From contig NW_026963312.1 in NCBI RefSeq assembly GCF_036588685.1, forward strand, positions 372,001-436,000: a DNA stretch of 64,000 bases, in the 5' to 3' direction. Origin of the DNA: Mytilus trossulus. Lineage: Eukaryota. The notes beneath the pieces were generated by a model that made no database searches, had not been told where the DNA came from, and saw only the letters and a list, made by a program, of their open reading frames with translations. Of the stretch, positions 35,367-47,522 are shown one piece after another. The position numbers and the translations under genes were made by a program. Each line of letters starts with the position of its first letter. Position 1 is the stretch's first letter.

Positions 35367-38300
35367 ATGAATGGAAACTCCACAAACCGAGACAATAATG
35401 ACGATGGTAATATATTTGGAATGAGGAAAATCTCGTATTGGGAAATACACGGTGTGAAACGTTTTCCGTATCGTGGACGGCGTAAATTTACACCATTACT
35501 TTACCAATCTTTTGATGGAGGGACGAAAATCTCAAACGACGTTTTCGGACTGACAATCAGACAGTTTGAACGAACATATAAAGCTTGTTTAGAGAGAAGA
35601 AAAGCACATGAGCAGTGGATACTAAACCTTAGATATCCTGATAAATCTTCAAATGAATATCTGGATTACTTACTGAACTGTACAGACTGTAATAAAGGTA
35701 TCTATTGTGTAATATAAAAAAGAAGATGTGGTATGACTGCCAATTAGACAACCATCCACAAAAGACCAAAATGACACTAACATTAACAACTATAGGTCAC
35801 CGTACGGCCTTCAGCATTGAACAAAGCCCATACCGCATATAGTCAGCTATAAAAGGCCCCGATAAGACAATGTAAAACAATTCAAACAAGAAAACTAACG
35901 GGCTTATTTATGTAAAAAAATGAACGAAAACCAAATATGTAACACGTAAACAAACGACAACCACTGAATTACAGGCTCCTGACTTGGGACAGACACATAA
36001 ATAAAAATATGTGGCGTGGTTAAACATGTTCTTTAAATCAAGTGCATGGCATGACGGTGTCTATTTGAATACAAATGAAAAAATGATATAACGAGGTGGA
36101 AACATATCATAATTCAAATATTAAACCACGAAATAAAGACTAATAAAGAACAACAAGGCAAAAAAGGAATCCACAAACAGACAAAACCATGAGAAACGAA
36201 AGGATAGAATCTAAAAAAAACACCAAATAGTTCAAAACGTTCCCTTCAAGACACGCGTGAAAATGATTTGGTTAATTCCGTGCAGGGGGTTATTTTCGCG
36301 GGGTGTAACTCTTCACTTATATTCGCGAATAGAACACAATCGCTCAAATAAAATCCGCCAATTTAAAAGTGCACATGTTAAAAGGTATTGATAAAAGTTT
36401 TAAATCCGCCAAAATATTTAGTTTACCTTATTCAATGAAAATCACGAAATTTTACAACTGCTGCAATAACCCGCTATACAATACTAAATTATGAAAATAG
36501 TGTAAGGTACGTATAAGGTTTTTGAAATGTATACGTCGGTCGTACTATTAGTATAGTACGTGCGATGAAAACAATCTGTATTTAGGTTTCAGTAAAATAC
36601 TAATTTGTCATGAATAACATATAAACTAATTGCGTCTAAATTGGATTTAAAAAAAAAGCGCTTACACCCTAGATTATCAAGCAAACATACATTGCTTAGT
36701 CTGAATATGGTTACAAGTAGAACAAAAACACTGTGTTTTTATATCATTTATAATTATTAAGTATTTTCCGTTGATTGTTAATTTGCATACCTGTCGCAAA
36801 ATATACTACGATAGACGTATAATGAGGCCCCTCATGGGGGGTCCTAGTAATCACATAATCACCATTGTTTTGCCAATATAATCACATAATCATTAAATAT
36901 TTGCTTATCTTTAGTAATCAAATAATCATAAACTAAAAATACAGTCCTAGGTAATCAAATAATCATGAAATATTTGGCTTAATAATCAAATAATCATTGA
37001 AAAAAACGGCCAAGTAATCACATAATCAAAAACCCCATGAGGTCCCTCACCTGTCACCAAATATACTACTATAGACGTATAATGTCTACATACTACTGTG
37101 GATTCATTAATCTTCGTTGGATACCAATTTTCGCGTGGATTTCGTGGATACCGAAGAACCACGAATTTAAATGTTCAACGAATTGTAAATTTTCTTAAGG
37201 AATGTATGGACACTTTACAAAAACCACGAATTTAAATATCCACGAATATACAAGTTTTCCTCAAACCACGAAAATTGGTACCCACGAAAATAAATGAATC
37301 CACAGTACTCAATATTACCGATCGAATCACAACGATTGCATGTGATAAATATCGTGGAGATAACTCTCTTCGTTCGTACGACGTTATACGGTTTTATGAT
37401 TGATAAAGAAAAAAAAATCACTTTTTACAGATCACTTGCTTTGGCTCGAAACAAAACCGAGAGAGAAATACTTATATGAACACCTCGTAGAAAGAGTTGG
37501 TACTGAAATCGATATAAGAACAAGACAACGATTCTTTATAATCAGTGATAATATCGAAAATGAAGTTTCGCCTCATCAAATAAAAATATCAAGTGGAAGT
37601 AAGGCAGAAGGACTGGATTTACCCGGAAGTGACATAGATATTATGTGCATAAACAAAATGGAAGAAGCAGACATAGTACAGAATGTAAGGAGTATCAAAC
37701 ACCCAATACACCATACTACCTTTGTTATGGAGACTGATAATGATAATCCTGGATTCACTAGACTCCGATTGGTAGCAGAAAAGAAAGAGGGATACTTCTT
37801 TGTACCTTTTGCTGGTAATAGCTTGTATCTTAGAGTTAATCACTTTGTTGAAAGGAATAAGCAATCGATTCCGACAATGACTGTCTTTGCACACGGTCCA
37901 TGTTTATCAGATAAAGATCAGACAATAGATTATGCATTCTGCATACGAAGTAAATATCTACCTCAGAACGCAATTCCATGGGCATACCGTCATCGACGTC
38001 AATGGCCCCTAATATCGTTATTGACAGGATCATAGATTACGGATGCTTGGTGGTACCTATAGGACCTAAGAACAGATCAGAAGATGACTTTTTATGGAGA
38101 TTGTCTTTCTCTGTAGCAGAAAAAATGCTTGTACATTCGTTTAACTTCACTCAACTGCTATGTTACGGTCTACTCAAATTAACATTAAAGCATGTCGTTA
38201 ACAGAAACGATAATGTTAAAGAGTTACTGTGTTCCTACTTTCTAAAGACGGCTTTATTCTGGGTTTCGGAGGAGCAGGATATCGACACATTTCAATTATC

Positions 38301-39381
38301 GAAATTGTATTTTTGTTTTTCTCTCTGTCTTGATAAATTGATATCATGGGTAAACATATGCTACTGTCCGAACTATTTTATACCTGAACATAATATGTTC
38401 CTACAAAAGATCAATAAAAGTAACAATAAGACACTTCTATGTGTACTTGAGAGTATAAAGTGTGGAGGGATTGATGGATTAATAGCGAATATATTTCAGC
38501 TTGATAATGCAAATCATCGCATATCACGAACAAATAGTGAATCTTCGTCCGTTAAGATAGAATTTCTATTTTACAAGCTTGGTGGATCGATATCGGCACC
38601 AACAGAAATTCCAAGTTGTTTTAAAGGTCTTGTATTAATTGAATCTTTCATAAAGTCTGAATCTTGTACGTTTATTATTGAGGTGTGTAAATACTATTAT
38701 GCTGAAATCAGTCAATATTTAGCACAACTTCTACCATCGCCCAATACAAGAGATAGTATGTATAACATACATAAACGTTACCATAGACATTTACAAGACG
38801 GCATCAATACTGATGCTGTGTCCGGCTGGTTGTTATACGCGTCATTTTATTACGTAATAGGGCAATACAATGTTGCACTTACACTTGCAGACTATGTTCT
38901 GTCAAGATGCACACCGGATATGGAACGATTACGCAATCATCAGTATCGTGAAACAAATTATAGTGAATATTTACATTCCACATTGCCATTAGTTAAAAAG
39001 ATGAAAATAGCCATTGTCAATAACGTTACCTTTTTACAGCACTCGTCACTAATACCAGAAGAACTACGACTAGAGGTTATTACGGATCCCTGCTTTACAA
39101 TACAGCCTGTTGCATTGTCTCACTGTCTAAGATTTCTATGTTATCATCATCTTTCTGATATTTCCAACAGACAAGAGGCATTACATAATTTATATTTAAC
39201 GGTTAAAAACAAATATTTCATGTCAAAAGTTGGATTTTCTGAATCAATTACCCTTATTGGTGTATGTTGTGAGATCTCCGGTAATAAAGAGTCCGCATAT
39301 CGGTACTACGACTGGGCTATGCAATGTCCTTATTATGTTTGTCACACAGCAAAAATAAGGAAATCAAAGCTTTTTTTTTAA
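35367..39381 (+). CDS. cGAS-like receptor (cGLR) / Mab-21 nucleotidyltransferase with helical C-terminal extension; coding exons 35367-35697 and 37431-39381; one 1-nt frameshift at about 38006-38009 (about 760 aa if corrected)
   Basis: SSGSKAEGLDLPGSDIDIM (GS..DxD NTase motif), third Asp in DQTIDYAFC, WRLSFSVAEK, CSYFLKTALFW, CPNYFIPEHNMF. Phase-1 GT/AG junction gives K-D-H-L-L-W. 331+1951 nt is one base short of a whole number of codons; TGG CCC CT AAT lacks one C. Confidence 0.88.
36824..37048. mobile_element. GAGG-ended MITE (Sola-like termini) with internal TAATCA repeats, in the cGLR intron
   Basis: GAGGCCCCTCATGGGG / CCCCATGAGGTCCCTC ends; repeated TAATCA(C/A)A units. Confidence 0.6.
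37096..37305. mobile_element. TA-target MITE; related copies at 57468-57653 and 53912-54104 (the last nested in a SINE-like repeat)
   Basis: TIR CTGTGGATTCATT / AATGAATCCACAG flanked by TA; internal CCACGAA repeats. Confidence 0.8.
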
Positions 39382-39599
39382 AAGCTTTTAGCATTAAAAA
39401 CTCATGCAGTTTGCTATGTTATATTGTGTCAGCAGAAAAATATGTACAGTCAATCTGTGTTCTTAAAGGAGGCATCTTTGCTTATATTATAGAGGTTTTA
39501 TCTTGCTTTAGCTTCATTATGTATTGAAATTTCCTTTAGTAAAATAAAATAATAAAATAAAAACACAAATATAGTTCTGCTGCGTAAAAGGACTAATCA

Positions 39600-41290
39600 A
39601 CACAGGTCTGATAATAAAGAAACTCAATTCAGGGTTCTTTATAATCATTTTAACCAGCCTGGCCATGTTCCTTCTTTATCTATGAAAGTATGCATCAGCG
39701 AGAACAGTTATCACCGCACAATTAGCCCTACACTAAAAGATAAGGAAACTAGGTTCTGCAATACCATATGGTTGCAATGAAAACATCAAAGGAGTAAGAA
39801 TTTGTCAAGTCCAGCTTGCAGCAATCTTAATAATGTAAAGAGTTTATTTAATACTGATTTAGGACAAACACGGAGTCATAGGCAAAACATTACCATCGGC
39901 CTATAAAGTAAAAAAGTCTTCCCAATCTTGATAGACCTCTTAGAGCTTTAATGACCTTCTTTCACAAGTTCATCTCCTTGTAGTGTTATATTACATTAGA
40001 CTTTTCTTTCCCCACTGCCTGTTAAATACTAAAATGTTTGAGAGAATATGCAATTGATCAAGGATGCATAAATACGTTTTTCTGCAATAAACAGACTGGA
40101 AAAAATAAATTCTAATGCAAGTTCTTTGCTGCCTTTTTTAGGAAGTAAGATTGGAACTTACACATGAGGAACATAGGAAATTCATTCCTGATCAGATTAC
40201 TTATAAAAGATTTGATGCAATCAACATAAACAAAGTTCTACATCCCAAAGAGGTAACATCTAAAATTTCACTTTAGTTTCAAAAGCAGGTTGTTCCGATT
40301 GTATCCTACAGTTACAACACGACTGATGCCACATGTGGAACAGGATCTTCTAACCCGTCCGAAACACATGAGATTACCCACAGTGTTTGTGGGGTTCGTA
40401 TAGCTAAGTCTTTAGTTTTCTATGTTGTTTCTTGTGCACTATTATTTGTCTGTTTGTTTTTATATTTTTTAGCCATGGTGTTGTCAGTTTATTTTCGATC
40501 TATGAGTTTGAATTTTCCTCTGGTATCTGACGCCCCTCTTTTACAATAAAACCATGGCACCAAAAGTATTCAACTATAAGCAAACATTGTAGGACATCTG
40601 ATATGTGACTGTTCCCGCCTTATATTTACAGTCCATCTGGCCAAGTTATTACTGGGAATCTAAACATGATTCAACATGACCATCTCTGAAAAATGATATA
40701 TCATAGTCCTTAGTTTAGACAACCCTAACATCTAAATTGGAACCATAACTTCAAATCAATCATTGATTCCAATGAGGACTACACTAGAGCATGGGCTAAA
40801 CGAGAAGAATTAAGTTGAACTAGACACTTTGTCAAAATTGGTCAAACAATCAAATTCCTGATAAAACCTCGCTTTCATAAGTTGACAAACTGTGTGAATG
40901 ATCGACCATAATCCGTTTTCAAAGACAAAGAGGCTGTGAAATATCAATCATATCTTCAAGATAAGGCTGTTATTGTTCCTGCGGACAAAGCTTCACATAA
41001 TATTGTTTTGTATGTACATCATACTACTACGAGGGTCGTGTAAAAAGAATTAGGAATAAATGAGCAATTAGGTAATTCAACATACAAAAACATATCATTT
41101 GACAAGCCAGGATAACATGTTGGCCAATCATAAGTCCTTCATTGCTTCAATGAACATTACATTGAACAACAAAGCAAATCGGAGGAACTTACCTTGTTGG
41201 TATTTTAAACTTCAAAGAATTCCGTACAACTAAAGTCACTAATGTTACATTTCCGTATCATCAGCATGTTAGACGAAATAATTATCCAAA
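39600..41290 (+). mobile_element. Degenerate Penelope-like retroelement relic, interrupted by an interspersed repeat at about 40290-40545
   Basis: Broken frames read KVFNYKQTL, CDCS, YIYSPSGQVITGNLNMI, VIVPADKASHNIV, resembling invertebrate Penelope-like RT N-terminal motifs; many stops. Boundaries approximate. Confidence 0.55.
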
Positions 41291-41746
41291 AGATTGATAT
41301 TAGACTAGATTATATTTTAAGCGATTGTCACACAAATGAGAAGTTAATACTTAGGCTTTTTCAACCTCAGGAATAGATAACCTTAGCTGTTTTTGGCAAA
41401 TCATTTAGGAATTTTTGGTCCTCATTGCTCATCAATTTTGTACTTTATTTGGCAATTCAAAGTTCTTTGTAGAAAAAAAAAAAACAACGCGCGTGTGCCG
41501 CAAACACCAAATTTCAATCCTCGTATAAATGAATTTATTAGCAAGCAGTAAAACCAGGTTAAATCCACAATTTTCTACACAAGAAATGACTGTACAAAAG
41601 CAGGAATACGACAGTCTTAATCTATTCGTTTGGTGTGTTTGAACTTTTACCAGAGTAAATACTTGGGGCATTTTTTCATTTTACAATTTTTGGTAAAAAA
41701 AATAATTTCAACATGATTCCAGTATATGAAGGCTTTTGAAAAAAAT

Positions 41747-42640
41747 TTGTAAGGGTTCCGCGGAACCCAGTGTCTCGCCTACTTTAGCTGTTAATCACAC
41801 ACTCAACAAAAATGATGAAAAAAATAAATAAAATTATTCCTCTTGACACTATCTTTGGATTGTCAGAAGCTTCTGTTCAAGTTTGGTAAAAATTCAGGCT
41901 AGTTTAAAAATCTTAAAGATGTTTTAAAAACTTTTACTGCAGACTGTATGTAATGTTAACTGGAAGAAAAACTAAGTTCATTTATAAGAAAATGCGGAAA
42001 AAATGGAATTTTATTTTTAAAAATTTACTTCTGGATACTATCTTTTGATAATAAACAAGCTTCTGGCTAAGTTTCGTACAATTCCAGGATAGTTTAAGAA
42101 AGTTATAAAATTTTTAAAAAATTTAACCACAGAGTGAATGTAATGTTTCCTGGCAGAAAAAACTAAGTTCATTTATCATGTTTATAAGTAAAATACGGAA
42201 AAAATGGAATTTTATTTTTACAAATTTTACTTCTGGATACTATCGTCTGATCATAAACAAGCTTCTGGCTAAGTTTCATACAATTCCAGGATAGTTTAAG
42301 AAAGTTATAAAAATTTTAAAAACTTTAACCACAGAGTGAGAATGTAAAGGTTCCTGGCAGAAAAACTAAGTCCATTTATAATTAAAATACGGGAAAAATG
42401 GAATTTTATTTTTACAAAATTTACTCCTGGATACTATCTTATGAACATAAACAAGCTTCTGTCCAAGTTTGGTAGACATCCAGGATATTTCAAGAAAGTT
42501 ATTAAAATTTCTAAAACTTTAACCACAGAGTGCATATTTGTTGACGCCGCCGACGACGCCGACGCCGCCGACGACGCCGCAGGAATGTAGGATCGCTATG
42601 TCTCGCTTTTTCGACTAATTAAAAGTCGAAGGCTCGACAA
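41747..42640 (-). mobile_element. HINE-type element, same family as 4921-5920
   Basis: Same ends (TTGTAAGG.TTCCGCGGAACCCAG ... GGCTCGACAA), ~190-200-bp units, GACGCC microsatellite. Confidence 0.8.
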
Positions 42641-43240
42641 AAAGAAGAAATATTAATGGCAATTAAAAACCAATTGTTCAGAGAACAATTGAAGGTCTTT
42701 CCACCAGTAAAGATCTATTTTGATATTAAAATATTAAAAACGGAAAGGTGGAAAGACCTAATTATAATTGTTGAAGGCAAATGTTTAAGTAACCGTTAAC
42801 TTATACAGCTCTTTACACGCAAATGCCAAGCAGGACATGCATTTGCTGGTACATATCTGTTGTTTCCGTATTGTGAATCGTAGAATAGATATAGGAAGAT
42901 GTGGTGTGAGTGCCAATGAGACAATTCTCCATCCAAATAACAATTTATAAAAGTAAACCATTATAGGCCAATGTACGGCCTTCAACAAGGAGCCTTGGCT
43001 CACACCGAACAATAAGCTATAAATGCATACATAACCTTGTTACACCGTATGCTATTGTGAGTTCCGTTCGTGTGTGACTTTGATACCAAATTACTATCAC
43101 CCTAGCTTTTCCCATTCCATAGTTAGAGTCACGCTGATAGGGAAGTATGTTTGGCTCTGTGGAGGAAAACATGCCCGTGGAAGAATACATATGCAGCCAC
43201 AGCTAGACGAAGTTTAACCTTTAAATTGGTTTATTGTTAA

Positions 43241-43820
43241 AGGACAATTTACGATAAGGCCAATTTTAAGGCCCCCCTATTTTTTCATATTTCTAAAATT
43301 TGCTTTGGAAAGTTACTTATCACAAAATATGCCCTTAGGTTCGAAGTTAGTTTAAATGAACTTTAAAACCATTAATTTCAGAAAATGGGCGAGGTTAGGG
43401 AGATAAAAGAGCATCAAAAACGCCAAAAGAAGGAAAAATATCGATTTTTGACCATTGTGTCTTAAAATTAAATAGCGTGTGACTATGTGACCCAGATAAA
43501 AATATTGCGATTTGAATAGCAAAAACAGTTCTCATGACATTGGAATAAAACAATTCCTTGGTCAAGTTGTCGCAGGCACTAAAAAAATAACAGTTTGTTG
43601 TAAAATTACCTGCAAAATCAATAATAATTACAATATTTGAATGATAGCAGAATGTTAACCCCCCTCACCTCACCCAGTTGCAAAAATTAGTGATTTTGAA
43701 GTTCATCATAACAAACTTCAAACATCAGGAAATGTTTTAACATAATAAGTAGCTTTCCAAAACAGAATTTGAAAAATGAGAAAATAGGGGGCCAAAACAG
43801 GCCTTATCGTACCTTGTCCT
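43241..43820. mobile_element. TTAA-target MITE (Kolobok-like)
   Basis: AGGACAA..TACGATAAGGCC / GGCCTTATCGTA..TTGTCCT; TTAA on the left, TTAT on the right. Confidence 0.7.
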
Positions 43821-44626
43821 TTATTCTCGTCCTTATTTCACATGAAATATTTGTCACTAAGCGTTGTACGTAATTAACAAGCAAGGTATAGCTATATTAT
43901 ATAACTCAATGGCGTACATGTAGAAAAAAAACTTCACTGTTGATGTGATAAATGATAGGTCACAATTATATAAATAAACTCATCATAGATACCAAAATTA
44001 AATTGTGTTTTACGCCAGGTAACAAAAGACTCATCAGCTACGCTCGAATCCAAATAAGTAAAAAAGGCCCAACAATTTAAATGACCACCATTCCTAAAAG
44101 GTTTGCCAAATACAGCTTAGGTAATCTATTGCTGCGGTAGTAAAGCCTTAGAATCTCATTTTTTTGTAAACAGTAAATTTATAAATATGACCATATCAAT
44201 GATAATTCATGTCAGCACAGAAGTGGTGACTACTGGGTTTGTGATACCCTGGCCTCGGGGAATTAAAACTCCATTAACAGTGGCATCGACCCAGTGGTTG
44301 TATATGAACTCATCACAGATACTAGGATTCAATTTTGTATTTACGCCAGACGCACGTTTCGTCTACAAAAGACTCATCAGTGAAAAAAGTTAAAAAGGCC
44401 AAATAAAAGAGATAAGAGGTAAGAGCATGTTCAGTAAAATACTGCATTTAGTCAAATTTAGGTAGTGTTCATTTCATTAAAAAGAAGCAATTGGGAATGA
44501 ATAGGCGGACATCACAGCAATGGTTCAAAAAGATAGTAACTAATACGCATGACACATAAATTTATTATATTATTGCACTGATATATTGCATCATGTAAAA
44601 CACTCAAAAGGCTTTTTTTTTGTAAC

Positions 44627-47522
44627 TTATGCATTCGGATCATACTGTGGGACGATGCCTTGTTCTCCAAATTCTTTTAACCATCTTACAAACTTGAGTG
44701 GAAAGAACCTAAAAATTCAATATAAAAAGTTAAAAGTTACAATGAACAATGTGTTCACACAATTTTTTGTTAATAATTAAAATTTAGGCCTAGTTCATGG
44801 TATGAAAGATTTATAAATGGATATCAATCTAATCAATAATAGTGTAGATGACACATAGCATGTTTCGTTTTATATCTGTACCTCAAAACTACGCCCTTTA
44901 TTGCGGGTTACAACAACAAAACGTAAATTTAGCTTTTAATAATGTGTATTTGTTGGTTTATGAATGTTCTTATATAATGTCTTGTTTGTTAACACAGTAG
45001 AAACAAATCCAAAGTACACAGATGCCCCACTCGGACTATTATTTGCCATGTTCAATGGACCGTGAAATTGGCATTAGATTAGAAAGATCATACCATAGGA
45101 AACATGTGTACTAAGTGTCAAGTTGATTGGACTTCAACTCATCAAAATCTAACTTGACCAAAAACTTTAACCTGAAACTCACACTTTCATTTTCTTTGTT
45201 CAGTGGACCGTGAAATTGGGGTCAAAAGACTTATTTGGCTTTAAAATAAGAAAGATCATATCATAATGAACATGTGTACTAAGTTTTAAGTTGATTGAAC
45301 TGCAGCTTCATCAAAAACTAACTTGATCAAAAACTTTAACCTGAAGCGGGACAGACGAACGGACGAACGGACGAACGAACAGACGCACAGACCAGGTACT
45401 ATCGTAGGTGAGGAAAAATTACATTGAGATCTTTCCAGGTACTTGTTATGTGCTTATGATGTTCTTGTGCTTATCGTAGGTGGGTTATCGTAGGTGGGTT
45501 ATCATAGGTGGTGTTATATGTGCTTGTGCTTATCGTAGGTGGGGCATATAACTGTTTGTGTTGTCTACTTTTTACATTGTATTTGTTGTGTCTAATATGT
45601 TTTATTTTGTTATTAGTTTCTTGTCTTATTTTTTTCATATGAAGAAAGAAGATGTGGTGTATTTGCCAATGATACAAATTTCCATCAGGCAAAATGACGT
45701 AGAAATATGCAACTATCATACCTATACGTTAATCTGTGTACGATAATGAACATGGCCATCATATGGCATGTTATGTCATGATAAGCTCCGACATGACAAA
45801 AGCAAAACAATTTACACAAGAGCCTTACTATCCTAAGCATATCATATCTGTTTAAGCCTTCATGTTTTCCGGATTTCTTGTTTTTACGTTTTAATGTCAA
45901 CACTTTAACTTTATCAGTCTCAAATTTTCTATACTTGTATTGATCATAGATTTGACTATATACATAAATTTGATTAATTCATAACTTACATTTGCAGTTT
46001 CAATCCAAAATGGAGGTCTCTAGGTATATAAACATGCTCTTCATCACACTGAATACTATTAACGACTTCAGCGCCCACTGTTTCCGGTGTAGAAATTTTC
46101 ATTAACCTATATATTGACAATCTTAAGTTCAACATTGACATAAGAGCGCGATGTTTGGCTAGCCACAAAACCAGATCTAACCCAACATTATTTTCTTAAA
46201 ATGTCATGCACCAAGTCAGGAAAATGGCAGTTGTCATTTTATAGTTCACTTCTGTGAGTGTTGCATTGTCGTTGTGTCTTTTGTTTCACTTTTAGTATTT
46301 CTGTTGTTTCGTTGTTTTCTCTCAGTTTACTTTGTAACCCGGATTTGATTTACTCAATCGATTAATTACTTTCGAACAGCGGTATACTACTGTTGCCTTT
46401 ATTTAAGGAACATTGATTTGAATTTATTTCCAAAGCATCTATTAAGCTGTAAAATGCAACTCATATTATTTTTCAAAATGAATAATACTATTTTAACTGT
46501 TCATAATAAGTTGTAAATAAAAACTTACTCAATTTTAATCGTAAATTTCTTATTACATAACGAACAATTATAAATGTCCATTGTCCATCTGTTCAGCATT
46601 TATAATTGAGTCTTTTGTTCATTTTTCAGAAGCAGATTCAGAAAATTTATATTTTAATATGACGTGCTTCTTTTGCTTTGTGAAAAAAACCCATGCTCTA
46701 AATCCAATAAAATTTGTTTTAAATATGCGTATATTGACTACTGCAGAATAATGAATCTTACTAAATCCGAATGCATTAAATATATTTCATTAACTTTAAA
46801 CTCTTCAAAACTCTTAAATGATGCACATGTTGTTACTCATTCATTTATCATGACTGTAATGAGTTGCAATTCGAAATTGACATATTTGACCTAGATACGA
46901 CAACCGTTCATGCTTGCTGTTCAAACTCCTCCCTTTGAAAAATCACATTGCCAGTCGTTTGCCTTTTTATAAACAAAAAAGGGAGGTTCGTAAAAGAGCC
47001 TAAACATGCGCTCTATTAATTACACTAAGACACATCGGACATAGAATTTTACGTCATCATGTTTATTATCCTAATCAGAACCGAAACAATTGATGCAAGA
47101 TATATTTTATTGTAGCTTTAACATGTGTATGCATTATATTCGTATTATTTAAGCCCTCATTGTCGCTCGGGCAAAAATTATCACACATATAATGCCTACC
47201 AATGTTAAAACTACAATAAAGTATAGCTTGCATCAACTATTTCTTAATTCTTTATTTTTCATGCTTTTTACAAAACTCTTTTTATCTTTTATTCTCCTTT
47301 TTTTGCCAATTAAATTCTGTATTATTTGTAAACACGATCCAGACCTTCATAGACAAAATGTATGGTAATTTTAAGTTGGCTTACTTGTCCTTAATCTGCT
47401 TAACCATTCCAGTAGAAACAAATGATGGACAAACTGTTGTAGTTTTCACTCCAGTTTTCCCTAATTTCAGAATCTCTTCACGTAAAGCATCGGTAAACCC
47501 GAATACAGCTGATTTTGATGAA
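44627..47522 (-). CDS. Extra SDR16C exons 4-6 (47385-47522, 45990-46106, 44627-44708): alternative 3' cassette of the gene at 52597-60768, or a 5'-truncated paralog
   Basis: Reads (S)[45 protein letters not shown]|[39 protein letters not shown]|[27 protein letters not shown]. Same exon sizes (138, 117) and phases as the paralogs, intact splice sites. No exons 1-3 seen in 47523-52596. Confidence 0.8.

Noticed and set aside
37978-38035. Two separate genes or a programmed frameshift in the cGLR
   Set aside because: The pseudogene paralog reads through this point in one frame (RRQWPSSTVNDRII); no slippery heptamer; a 1-nt deletion explains it.
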